A stretch of DNA of 64,000 nt from Camelus dromedarius. Taxonomy: Eukaryota. Positions 21,101 to 32,550 of this stretch are shown here, in pieces. Both the position numbers and the translations under genes were made by a program. The stretch lies in contig NC_087455.1 in assembly GCF_036321535.1 (NCBI RefSeq), positions 1,364,001-1,428,000 of the forward strand, written 5' to 3'. The notes under the pieces are model-generated. The model was not told the origin of the DNA and ran no database searches. It was given only the letters and a program-made list of their open reading frames with translations. Position 1 is the stretch's first letter, and each line of letters starts with the position of its first letter.

Positions 21101-22699
21101 GTGGTGAGGTAACAGGGGGATTTTCTAGAATTGTGACCTTCTGGTTCCAGCCAGTCTGGGGTCGAGTGCTTATGGTCGGCATATAGTCGTCACCCTTCAC
21201 TGGGTGGGGTTCTTAGTTTCTGCAGAACAACTTGAAGGTATGTGTCAGACTGTTACCTGTGTCCCTTCAGGAGGAACCAGGAGCCATGTGACTCTTGTCC
21301 TAATTGTCCTGCTTGAGTCTGCCCTTTGGAACTCAGGGAAGCCAGCGAAGAAGCAGGGGCATGGAGAGGCTTGTGCCTGGCAGGGCCTGGCAGGGCCCCG
21401 CAGGGTCCTGCTGGTTCCACCAGAATCGCCCCTGTTACACTCTACCCACGGCAACACAACTCCTTATGTAGATTACTGAGCAGAGCAGCAACAAATGACC
21501 GTATCGCTGCCGGGTGAGAGGTAGAGACATGGCCCTGTCCGGTGTCCCGCCTGGCACTGCCCCAGGGGGTATGTCCCCAGAGGTGGCCTCCCAGGGGGAG
21601 ACTGCTGCCCACCCTAGAGAGTTAGCCTTTGCTCGAGGCCCTGCAGTTGGTTGCAATGGCCTCTGGTCAAGGAACAGCCTTGATCCACTGGGAGCTGGTG
21701 GCTCTGTCTCTCTGCTTGGCCAAGGCCTAAGAGGGCCATGTCCTTCTTGGCCCTGGTGGCTCTGATGCCCCGCTCCCTAAACACTGCTCCTAACTATGCT
21801 GTCTAAAAGCGGACGTTTATGCAGCCCGCTCTCAGCGCTACTCATGACTGAACCCACTTAGCCCCCAAGCAATTGCAGAAGTTGGTCCTCTTTTTATCCA
21901 CATTCTCCAGACGAGGAAATTGAAGCACCTGAGGATGACCCTCCAGCCCTCTCTGATTTCTGGGCCAGCTGCAAATAGGAGTCCCTTTGTCAGGGTCACA
22001 GTTTCAAGCACGTTCTGAGTAGGAAGGGTTAAGGGGAGCAAGGCATGCTGAGCCAGCACTCCTGGGCTCTGAGCCGCCTGCACTGTTGTCTCAGGAGCCT
22101 GGCTCAGCCGCCCCAGTGTCCACAGAGGAGGCCGTCCTGCCCAAGAGCCCTGCTCACCCTGAGGGGCTGCTGTCAGCCCCGCCTCCCTCTCCCAGCCCCT
22201 TCCCTTCCCTTCCGGATGTGAAGCTCAAAAGGCAACTGAGGCCGCCCTGGGCCTTTTAATCCTCTAGCCACCACTTCCTCAGGCTTTTCAGTCCCAGAAA
22301 GGGACCGGGGCGAGCAGGGCCTGGCATTTCCTCTGGGCCCTGAAACCCAGAGCGGAGAAGAGCTCCCACACATCTGCCAGAGAGAAGGGGAAGAGGGGCT
22401 GGGCGTGGGGCCTCACCATCCCAAGGGCTGGCTGGCTGGGTGGCCACAGAGCACGCCGCCCATGGGCACTCGCCCCTCTCTCTACAGCCAATCCCGGCGG
22501 CATCCTGGTCATGAAGTCCTGTGCCCCGACGTGCCCCAACAGCACTGTGTCCTCCGATGGCCGGGCGCTGTCCGTCTACTGCTGTCAGGGCAGCCAGTGC
22601 AACCGTAGCGCGGCCATGGGCCTGACGGGCAGCCACGGGGCCCTGTGGATCAGCGCCTTGGCCAGCCTGTTGTGGGTGCTGCTCCAGGCTGCCTGGTGA
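18200..22699 (+). pseudogene. Ly6/uPAR-family gene with disabling lesions, probable Ly6g6g (mouse D730001G18Rik) orthologue; exons 18200-18251, 19649-19723, 22488-22699
   Basis: Conceptual splice: (I)RPLLVFLLLAALCTVL-VRALRGHVCCGQCSPTDRFCVITRA-TNPGGILVMKSCAPTCPNSTVSSDGRALSVYCCQGSQCNRSAAMGLTGSHGALWISALASLLWVLLQAAW*. Start is ATT; LRCHVC is LRGHVC; exon 2 is 75 nt versus 99-120 nt in neighbours; donor reads ctgagt. Exon 3 has 5 Cys and a GPI tail. Position between LY6K and LY6D matches recalled mouse gene order. Confidence 0.8.
20883..21419 (-). mobile_element. ERV1-class solo LTR in intron 2 of the Ly6 pseudogene
   Basis: tggttcccaaaccgaact...gcagcaaagccaatctactgacaccggcttgtggtgaaggaa...catttattt...ctgattggttgg...agggccccgcagggtcctgctggttcca; TG..CA ends, reverse poly(A)-like and CCAAT motifs. 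Confidence 0.7.
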
Positions 22700-23488
22700 G
22701 CCCACCTGCTACAGACCGGCCCTGGGTCTTGCCTGACCCCTCTCAACCTGGACGCAGCTGCCCAGGGTCCGTCTCCAGCCTGCGCTTCCCCCAGCCCCCG
22801 CACACCCCCACCTCCCTGCCATTCCTCCCCACCTCCCCCCGGGCCGCACCAACCCCTCAGGAGGGAAGCTCTCCTCCTGCCTCGGGGAACCCACTGATGA
22901 GGGAAGAGCTGCAGCCCCTTCCGAGGGTGGGAAGTGCCTCAGTTCTCCCCAGCACCCTCCACCCTGCTCCAGGGCCTTGCTCTGGGGGTTCCTCTCCCTC
23001 AGACTCTGCCTCAGAGGACCCCCTGAGCTCCGTGGCCATAGGGCCCGTCCGCTGCCTTCTGTGGCCAGAGCTGCCTGAGCTGGGGCGGCAAGTCCGAGGG
23101 CCGGGCTTTCAAACCGCCCACCAGCTACTCCCGTGTTCACGCATATTCGTTCACCCTCCCTTGGCCCACCCACGCTTCCTGTCCGCGGGTCAGCTGGTGA
23201 GTTCATTCATCGCAGACCTCCCCCCACAACCCGAGGCTTCCCTGGAGCTGGGCACCCAGGGGAGAGCCAGCAGGACCCGCCTCCCAGGGCTCTCATTCTG
23301 GGGCTCCGTGTGCAGAAGTCCAGGGAGGGGATGGGGCTTCTGGAAGGCCACGGGCAGCCCTGCCAGCTCCGGCCAGGTGAAGACGGGCCTTTTCATTGTT
23401 CCCCCGGCCGCCCACTGTGGGATGGGCCACAGAAATGTGGGCGTCCTTCCCCCCAGGGGCAGCCCCCTCCAGGATGTGTAGAGAGGAC

Positions 23489-23494
23489 AATAAA
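23489..23494 (+). terminator. Candidate poly(A) signal of the Ly6g6g-like locus
   Basis: AATAAA, the first I found downstream of the stop at 22699 (~790 nt). Confidence 0.5.
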
Positions 23495-24594
23495 GCTTCA
23501 GAGCTGCTCCGAGCTCATTCTCGGCGCTGGCGAGCCCGCAGGGCGTTTTCTCGTCCTCGAGCTTGGGAACCTCCTGGGCCTTGGAGGTGGGCGGGGGCCC
23601 TTTATGGGTTGGGGGTCCTTGCCGCGCGCGCTCAGGCAGGGGAGCAGCCCTTCCCTCGCTCTCTAAGAAGCCGCGTCTGTGCCGAACGCCCTTGGCCTGC
23701 ATGGCCGAGACGCGCTTTCGGCAAATCTCAAGTTGCAGGTTGACGTGGCATTCCCTGGGGAGCCCTCCTGAGCCTCAGCGACCCCCAGCATAGATGGTCA
23801 GCTCTGTGTGATCCTCCCTCTGCTGTCCTACACCCCTTGCCCGGGCGCACCAGGCTCCCAGGGCTCTGAGTCTCCTCCCAGGGCCAAAAGTCCCCACGGC
23901 TCCAGAATTTTGCTCCCCTGCACCTCTGCCCAGGGCCTTTCCTCAGGAAGCCCCCTACCTGCCCTGAAGGGAGGAAGGCCCTTCCTGTTTCCCACAGCCA
24001 CGTCTCTGGACCCCTGCAGCGGGGGTGGCCAGCCACCGCTGGTCTCCTGTGCCTGTGACAGGGCTGTCCTGGCCATTCCATGGGGGAGTGGGCTCCGGAG
24101 ACATGCAGGGAAGCAGAGGAACCACTGTCCTGGCGGAGCCTGCCCTCTTGTGGGGCTTCTGTCCGCTGTTTGCACCTTGGACCGTTTGGAGGACAAGACG
24201 GGCTGAGAGTGCCCTGCCTGGAGACAGAATGTGGGGGTTCCCTCAGGGCCGCTCTGAGCCTCCAGCACAGTCTGCCTGCACAGCCACCGGGGGGCCCAGG
24301 AAGAGGCTGTCTGGGGATGCACGGGGCGGCCATCCAGCGGCAGAGTTGGGGCTCAGGCTGGGGCCACCCCACCCAGCCTTAGAAACTTGGGATTTCTTTT
24401 CTTAAGAAAAGTGGTAATTTCCTTTCTTCACTCTCCTGTCTGACGAACCTCCCCTCTGGGGCAGGCCCCACCCCTATAAGCCCCAACGGAAAATCACCCA
24501 GATATCCCATGATGACACAGGGCCACCTCCACCAGGAGCGGCTGCACCCAGAAGTTGGGGCGGGGCAAGGAGGCTGTCTCCAGATACAAGTCTC

Positions 24595-24630
24595 CTCACT
24601 ACAGATGAGGAAACTGAGGCGCAAAGCGCT
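24595..24630 (+). mobile_element. MIR core fragment
   Basis: cagatgaggaaactgaggc core; similar fragments at ~19290-19345, ~21905-21935, ~41115-41175 and ~61820. Confidence 0.55.
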
Positions 24631-26414
24631 TTCCAGGCCCCCAGCGCCCAGAGCCTGCGTTCTCTTCACAACCCCCTGCCAAGCTACCCCACAGTCATAA
24701 ATCGAGAGACACTCAGAGAGCCCCTACTTATACCAGGATCATAGGTGCTGAGACACCACAGAGACAGAGCAGACATGGGGACCACAGCTGGCCAACCGAC
24801 AAGACAGCAGAGGCCCGCGGTGTCTGCCAGGGTCTGGGGAGCAAGCTGGGTGCTGGAGGGCTCACCTGCCTCCCTGAGGGCGAGACTGTGGCTGTGATCT
24901 GGCCGTGGGAGGGCAGCAGGATAGCAGGTGCAAAGGCCCCAAGGCAGGGAGGGGCTAGAGGGACTTCCTGGAGACCGTGGATGGGCAGCGGAGGCGCCAG
25001 CAGAGCAGGGGGGCAGGGAGGCTGGCTCTGCCCCTGAGCCCCCTGCCCCTGCTGCCGGTGTAGGGTGGAGCATTTTTGGGTAGCGTAGGGGTGAGGCCGC
25101 CTATCGAGGGCTCAGGCTGCGACCTGTTATTCCTGAAACACCCGAGGGAAGGCCGGGCTGGGAGGGCAGGGAGGCAGAGGCTTGAGCTCAGGGAGTTGGG
25201 CTGAGATGCAAAATGCACGGAGTTTATGGCAGCTCCAAGGCTAGAAGCTTAGACGTCAGGAAGCCAGTCAGAAAGGGACCCTTAGCCCCAACCCTTGCAC
25301 CTGCCCTGGGGCTCCAGTCAGAGCCACCTCATCTGTTCTGGGCACAGCCTGGGGGGTCTGGGCCTCCCTCCAGCCAGCACCTCGGCTTCCCAGGGGGCCA
25401 CCCATGCTCCCTTCTTACATAACATGCCCAGGTTGGGATGACACAAACCTCTCGATCGCCTAAGCCCTTGTGATTGTAGTAATGAGCTCCTGGCAGATTG
25501 GGCCCCAACTCCCTGCCCTGGGGGCCTGTCCCCACACCCAGAGCGGGCTGCCACAACATGCAAACCCACGGACCAGGACTGGTGCCAGAGTCGGGTCCCC
25601 GGGGCCACCAGGCTAGGCAGAGAGCGGCTGAACTGAGCTGCTCCAGACTCCAAGCTCGGCAGCCACCCGAGGCCCGGAGGAGCAGACACCTGGTCTCTCA
25701 GCTCCCCGGCCACGTGAGGACAGCACCACGTGGCTGCTGGAGACGCAGCCAGGCCGGGTCTCGTCGTCCTGTATCCAGACGAGCATCAGGAACCTTGTCT
25801 GTAAGACGCAGGGTTTGGATAGAGGTTGTCCACGTCTGAAATCGGGGTCTCACTGGAAGACAGACGCCCTTTCCCACACATACTTGGGGGAACCATAGTC
25901 CAAATCCAAGAGTTTCACCCGGTGTTTCCGCAAAACCTTTCTCAGAACTTCCAGGCTGCCCTGGCAGTGTGTTAGTGGGGCGTAAGGAGCGGCAGCACCA
26001 AGGGGCAGGGGGCAAAGTGACTGGGGCCGGGGGTTGTCAAGGAGAGGAATTCACACTGCTCCGTGTGAAAGGTAGTGGTGCCAAAGACAGACAGACAAAC
26101 CGACAGAGCCCACGATACCCTCAGGTGTTTATTTCCCTCTTAAGGGTTAGGATCAACGATGTCCCCCAAACTCCCTTCACATATAATCTTAAGTAAAAGA
26201 GAGTGTCTGCATGTCAAGTGTCGCAAATCCCAGAGCTGCCTGCCTGCAGACCTCAGGCTCTAGAGTCCCGCAGGTTTCACGCCATGGTCTTTGAGAATTA
26301 CTGTTTCCTCTTGTCAGGGGCAGGTGTGAGAGAAGGGATAAATGAGAAAGGGAAGAGGAGAGAGGAGGGAGAGAAACATGGCTGTGACTGTCTCCCAAAG
26401 GACACAGAAGTGGT

Positions 26415-26580
26415 ATGAGTGGATGAGTAGATGGGTGGTTGGATGGGCAGATGGGTAGATGAATGGATGGATAGATGGGTTCATGGATACATGAATGGAT
26501 GGATGGATGGATGATGGGTGGATGGATGGATGTTTGCATGCATGAGGGATGGATGGGTGGAAGGTGGGTGGATAGAGGTG
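26415..26580 (+). repeat. Degenerate (TGGA)n microsatellite
   Basis: atggatggatagatgggt...gaatggatggatggatggatgatgggtggatggatggatg. Confidence 0.9.
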
Positions 26581-29500
26581 TGGACAGGTGTTGGGAGCAA
26601 GTGAGGGCAGAGGAGCGAGGGAGGAAAGTGAAAAGAGCCTGTGCTCACCGCCCCAGAGCCTACGCCTGCGCTGCCACGGAAGGGCACAGCTTGTACCCTG
26701 AGGGCTTCATCACCGGCTCCCCAGGCCGCTGTCTCTTGGGGACACGGCCAGAGAAGCTGGCAGTCGGCGCCCATGCAGGGCCCTGTGGAGTGGTGCCCAG
26801 TGCTGGTCCTAGGTGCCGGTGTAGCCGGGGCCCTGTAGGGCCTCTCGCAGGGCAGTTTGTCTCTCTTGGCCCTCGGAAACCTAGGGCTCCAGTCTGGCCA
26901 TTCCCAGGAACAGGCTGCGCCCCGAGGCAGGGAAGGGCTGCCTATGTGGCTCCTCCTTGGATTTGCCATTTAGCAGAGCAGGAGAGAGGAGCCCCGCAGG
27001 TAGGAGAGGCCAGCGTAGCGGTGCAGAGCCAGCCTTGAACTCCAGCCTCTAGCCCAGGCCAGGGACACCAACTGTGTCCAGAAGCCCCACCAGCGGCCAA
27101 GGTCCCAGGGGCTGATCTAGGATAGGTGGGGGCCACATCAGGCCCTGGGATGCAGGTGAGAGACCCATGTCGAGGCCTGGGGCTCTGGGTGTGAAGGTGG
27201 CTCTCACGCGTCAGGAGGGAGCAGAGGGGAGGCCTGGGTGTGTGGGAAGCGCCCCAGGCGGGGGGCCAGGCCCAGCTCTGGCTCCCACTAGCTGGCTGGG
27301 TGTCCCTGGGGAGGCCCTGCCCTCTCTGTGTCAGGGAGGGAGGCCCCACACCTGTGTGTGACTAAAAGGGACAGAACAGGCCCGAGGGAGACACTGCATC
27401 CCTCGGCTGCCTGACTCACAGGGCAGTCACCTCACCCCAGGTGGGGAAGAAGGGAGACACGGGAAAGGAGTAGGGCCCTCAGGGCCAGGCAGGGCCTCTG
27501 ACCCAGGCCCTGGCTGCTGTGGCCGGAGGCCCTGCCCTGCTCCACCCTGGGAGCGCTCCCCCAGGCCCCTCGGCCCACGCAGGGTTCACATCGTGTCATG
27601 TGTCCATCCCCATCTCCCTAGTCAGGGGCCCTGAGGGTGGGCTGGACCGCGTCTCTCAGTCTCCATCACACCCTCTGTGCCTGACACATGTGGGTCCTTC
27701 TCAGACGCTGCTGGTGGAACGAGGGAGCGGTGAGCGGGTGCCGGAGGCGGGGGGCACACTCCGGCGCTCGGGCTGCAGCCTGGGCCAGCGCTGCCCCTAT
27801 GGTGACCTGAGGCCGCAGAGGCCGGGCCCGGCCCAAGGCTGGGGTGCCTGACCCGGGCCTGACTTGCCCGCCCTGGTGCCCACCCTCAGTCCAGGGCAGG
27901 GCCTTCCCAGGGCTGCACTTTCTGAAGGCCTGGGGTGGCCGCTGTGCTGGCACTTCCCTCTCTGGGCCATGCTCCCGCTTCGCGTAACCCTGGTGGTCCT
28001 GACAGCTGGGAGGTCTGGGCCTCACTTCTGCCTCCACACACCCTGGGCTTAGAGCAGGGGGAGAGGGCTGGAGGAGGGGAGGGGGCCTGGGCAGGAGAAC
28101 CTGGGCTGCAGGCAAGGGCCTGGGCTTGTCCCGCGCCTGGCTCCCTGGCCAGCCGAGTTCAGGAGGCAGGCAGGGTTTGGGGGGCAGGGGTGGTGGTATT
28201 CTCAGCCCCGCACCCCTTCAAGTCCTCTCCTGGGCGTCACGCCTGCTGGTACAGTCAGGCCTGGGGACCTCGGGCTGGGACCTAGGGACCTCGAGCTGGC
28301 TGGGAGGGCTCAGTTTCCAGAAAGCAGGAGCTCTCCTCAGCCTGCGAAGGAGGAGGGAAGGAGGGGCCGGCAGTGATAGAAAGTCCCAGGTTCTGCCCAC
28401 TCCCGGGGTGACCACTCCCGGCCCCCACTGGCCCCCACTTTCTCACTAATAACAGGTGTTGGAAGGGGACCAACTTCAGGGCTCCTCTCTCCATAAAGGC
28501 TCCTCTCTCCCCTGAATCCTGCCTCTAAGACCGTGGCCAGGTCACTGCCTGCAGGAAGCCTTCTCAGACTGCACTCTCCTGATAACCTGCAGTTCTCTGA
28601 AAGCTCCTGCCACTGGCACCACCCACTTTCTTCCACAAGTAAATTGTGTTTGGGGTTGATGCCTCTGCTAGGAAGCCCCCAGGAGAGGCAGCTCACGTCC
28701 TGGTGGGCAGCCCTGCCAGGGGCAAAGGCCTCCTTCCCACGAAACAGAACCCAGCTGCCACCTCTGCTCTGGTGTCTAGCTCTGCTTCCAGGGCACACAG
28801 CCACCATAAAGCCTGAAGTGCCCCATGGAGGTGGACCAGGGGTACAGGGGCCTCGTCCAGCCCCATGAGTGGGGAGCCCACTGCCCCGGGGCCTCACACC
28901 AGACCACTGCTCCCAGTTGGCCTGACACCTGTGGGTCCTGTGGCTCCACTGGGCCGAAAACAAATCCAATCCCCCAAACCTGTTTTTCCAGCAGCTTCAG
29001 CTTCCATGCTCCTTAGCCCAAGTGAGTCACCCCTCCCCACCTGGCATCCCCTGCCCTCTTCCAGTCACCACTCTGTCACGGAGCCCTGCGTGCTGCTTCC
29101 CAAGGCCTCACGGGCACCTCCCCGTCACCTGCCAAGGAGACTTGTGCCAGAAGAATGTGGGGAGGCCTCGGAGCTCAGGGTGACTCTCTCCGTGGATGAG
29201 GGCCCGGGGACCCCCACATTACCTGCCTTATCAATCTAGACCCCAGCTGCCCTAAACGAACCCCAGGGAGCCTGGGACTAGCCAGCCAGGTAGGTGGCCT
29301 CGCCGGGCTTGGAAGGCTGCTGTGGGGCTCCTCAGGGACTCCCGCCTGTCCCCCTCACTCTGCCCCCCAGGGTCCCAGAAGGCACCTCAGCTCCACCTTC
29401 CACCTTTGGGCAGGTCCCACTGGTCCAGTAAGCATCAAGGAGGGCAGCACCTCCTGGGACCCCCAGTGCCACGAGGTGGCCCTGACCTGACTCCATGCGG

Positions 29501-30848
29501 TGGGGAGAGGTGAGGCCCACCTCTGGAGCTGCTTCCCCAGGAGCCTGCCAGGAGGAAAGGCCTGGGGGTCTGGAGCCCAGACCTGATCTGTGGAGCCAGT
29601 TCTCCAAAGAGCCATAGTCTGAGCCAACCCCAAATCTCCAGCCCAGGGCCACCCTCCCTGCGGCAGATCCTGCCTCATCAAACCTTCTGGGATGTGTCCA
29701 TCGGCAGGGATGGCCACTGGCGCAGGCCCAGGGCTGGTCTCCTTCTGTGCTCCGGCCCCACTCACCATCAGCACGGCCTACCAGGGAAGGGACAGGGACC
29801 CAGGGCAGGGACAGGTCAGGGCCTCCGTGCGTTCCACCCCACCACCCACAGGCTCTGCCCAGCACAACAGAAAAGCAGTGGGAGTCCCAGGGCCAACACG
29901 GAGACCTGCAGGGAGAGGGGCAGGGTGGTGCGGAGGGATGCTGTTCTAAGAGGCCCAAGTCCCTCCTGTGAGCACTGCAGGGGGGAAAGGTGGGGGGTCT
30001 TCCCAGCACCCCCAGACGGACTCCACACCAGGCGGGACTCTGAGCTCCTGGCCTGGCCTGGAAGAGCACATAGCCTTTGTTGACCAAAACAGACACAGAG
30101 AGCAATGGTCACAAGGCAGAATGCAGGCAGGGTGCTGGGGGTGGCTGAGCTGGAGCACCGAGGATGGAGCACTTGATGGGGAGGGTCCTGGGGCCCAGAA
30201 AGCTGGGACGCATGGCTGGTGATATGATAAGGGCTTGAGGTTTTGCCTCCACACCCCACCCCTCCCCCCAGCAACCCAGCCCCTGCCCCTCCTCCGAGAG
30301 GTCTTGCTGGACTTCCCCTCCTGCAGCCGGCCCGGTCCGCACTCACCTCTCTGCAGCCACATCCAGCACCCAAGCGCTGCCCTGAGGGCCTCCTTTCTCC
30401 CTGCCCCCCAGGTCCAGACTTCTCAGTGGGCATTTTGCCTCCCTGGGATCCTTTTCCCAGGGCCCCTGGGGGTCAAACTAGCAACCCTGAGCCTGAAGCC
30501 CAGAAATGCAGGGCCAGCGCCTCCTCAGGCCCCCGGGCCCCGGGGCACAGCACTGGGCACCCCCAGGGCACCAGCACAAGCTTGGCACTCTGTGACCCTA
30601 TCTGAGGGTGGGAGTGTTAGGTCAGAGGCAAAGTGACCAGTGCCAGGCAGAGGACAGAGAGAGGAGGACACCAAAGCAAGCCGCAGAGCCAGCTGAGGCC
30701 TCTGTCCACAGCCCAGAGAGGGGGAGGCCGCTGGGGACAGAAGTCTCTCCAGCTGGCAGGGTGGGAGTGTGCTGGGCTGGGAGGGTGTGGGCCAGCCAGG
30801 TTGGGGCAGGTCCCTGCCCCTGCCCCTCCCCCCAGCACCTATCCCAGC

Positions 30849-30854
30849 TATAAG
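30849..30854 (+). promoter_or_regulatory. TATA box of LY6D
   Basis: gcTATAAGg 52 nt upstream of the ATG at 30901. Confidence 0.7.
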
Positions 30855-30900
30855 GTCTCCCGAGAGGAGGGGCCCCCACTGCTCCCAGGGACGTCCCAAG

Positions 30901-32254
30901 ATGAAGACAGCGCTGCTGTTTCTTGTTGCCTTGGCTGTGGCTGCTGGTCCAGGTGAGGGGCTGGGCGGGGGCTGGGTGGGCCAGACCCTGGAAGCCTGGA
31001 GTGTTCACCTCTAGGCTGGGAGAACCCTGGCATTGTGAGGGCTGGAAAAAAGTGAACCCTGCATCTTGACTTAGAGGGGTCACAGACTTACAATATTTCA
31101 GGATCAGTGAATCTTAGAATCAACCCAGAGAATCTGATGTCTGAGTTGTCTTGAGATGCCTCTCCCAGGGGAAAGACAGATACCTGGGACCCAGTCCCTG
31201 ACCCTTCCAGGCCCCAGGGCCCTCCCAGGCCAGCCCTTCCTCCCGCAGGCTCAGCGTGGCCAAGCTGACAGCTCCCAGGGCCCCAGCTCAGCCTCAGCTC
31301 CTCACCATGGGTGGCCTGTCCAGAGACTGCCCTTGGGGTGGGGACAGCAGCCAGGTCCTGCAAGCAGAAGTGCCCGAGCTCTCTGACCGCCCTGGAGAAG
31401 GGCCTCCAGCACAGCCCATGGCAGCCGCCTCCTCACTGTTCCTCCAGAAACGCCCGGCACCGGACACCTCCTCTAGGTGGGGCCCCAGCTCCAGCAGACA
31501 GGGGCTGTCACCTCCCGCTGCCTGAGGCTGTGTGCAAGACATGAGCTCTGGAAGAGCCCAGGGGCCTCAGAGGGGACTGGCCTAGGGCAAGGGTGGCAGA
31601 GGGCTCTGTCCAGGAGGGGCCTTTTCAGGCAGTGGACCCAGGTCTCCCTGTCTCCCTGGGAGGCCTCCCTGGGGCCCGTTGAAACCCTGACACCCTCACC
31701 CTCAGCCCAGGCTCTCCGCTGCCACGTGTGCTCCAGCTCCTCCAACTGTAAGAAACCTCAGACCTGCCCAGCCAGCGCGAACTTCTGCAGGACCATGACC
31801 AACGGTGAGTGACTGGGGGGAAGGGAGACGGGCCCCTGCAGGACACCCTAGACCTCTGTCCAGGTGTCCCAGGGGGCCATCCCTGGGGAGATCGGTGAGA
31901 GATCTCGGCGATGGTTCAGTCAAGGTGGCGAAGGAAGTTGGGAGCTGGGACTTGCGGGGCGGGGCTGGGAGGGGCTGGGGTGGAGGCGGTGCCTGTCCTG
32001 ACCACGCCCACCCGCTCTCAGTGGAGACTCTGTCTGGGAACCTGGTGGAGAAGGACTGCGTGGAGTCCTGCACGCCCACGAACAGCATGCAGGGCCAGGT
32101 CAGCAGCGGCACGGCGGCCACCCTGTGCTGCCGAGGCGACCTGTGCAACGATAATCTGCAGAGCGCCGCGCCTGCCCGCGCCCTGCTCACCAGCGCCACC
32201 CTCGGCCTGGCGCTGGCCCTTTTCCTCCTCATCATCTCGGCCCCCAGCCTGTGA
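30901..32254 (+). CDS. LY6D: Lymphocyte antigen 6D (E48), GPI-anchored, 127 aa; exons 30901-30952, 31706-31804, 32022-32254
   Basis: MKTALLFLVALAVAAGPAQALRCHVCSSSSNCKKPQTCPASANFCRTMTNVETLSGNLVEKDCVESCTPTNSMQGQVSSGTAATLCCRGDLCNDNLQSAAPARALLTSATLGLALALFLLIISAPSL; closely matches human LY6D (GNLVKKDC, GQVSSG, APSL end); canonical splice sites. Confidence 0.97.
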
Positions 32255-32544
32255 TGCCCAGGGCCGATGGCCCCGCACCTTCGTCTCCCTGTCCTTCTCC
32301 CTGCCCAGGATGGAGGCTCATACACCCCGGGCTGGGGGCTCCCTCCGAAGGTTAGGGACGGGAGGTCGCGCGGCCTGAAGATCTGATCGCTTGGAGCCTC
32401 CCCTTCCCTGGCAGGGGAGGACGCACAGCCCTGAGCCCCAGGGATGCGGGACGGGGGTGGGACAAAAGGAATTCTGCTCTTTCCTGACTTCATATTCATT
32501 CTGCTTGGTTTCCATTTATTTTTCTACTCAAACCCCTGCATGGG

Positions 32545-32550
32545 AATAAA
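32545..32550 (+). terminator. Poly(A) signal of LY6D
   Basis: AATAAA ~290 nt after the stop, followed by GT-rich gtgtggtcgtgtct. Confidence 0.8.

Noticed and set aside
25730-25910. Frame reading SSSCIQTSIRNLVCKTQGLDRGCP, superficially three-finger-like
   Set aside because: Cys spacing does not fit an LU half-domain; no CC/CN motif and no convincing phase-1 splice sites.
26944-26973. ATG-MWLLLGFAI* signal-peptide-like start
   Set aside because: Stops after nine codons; no TATA at family spacing and no downstream LU exon found.
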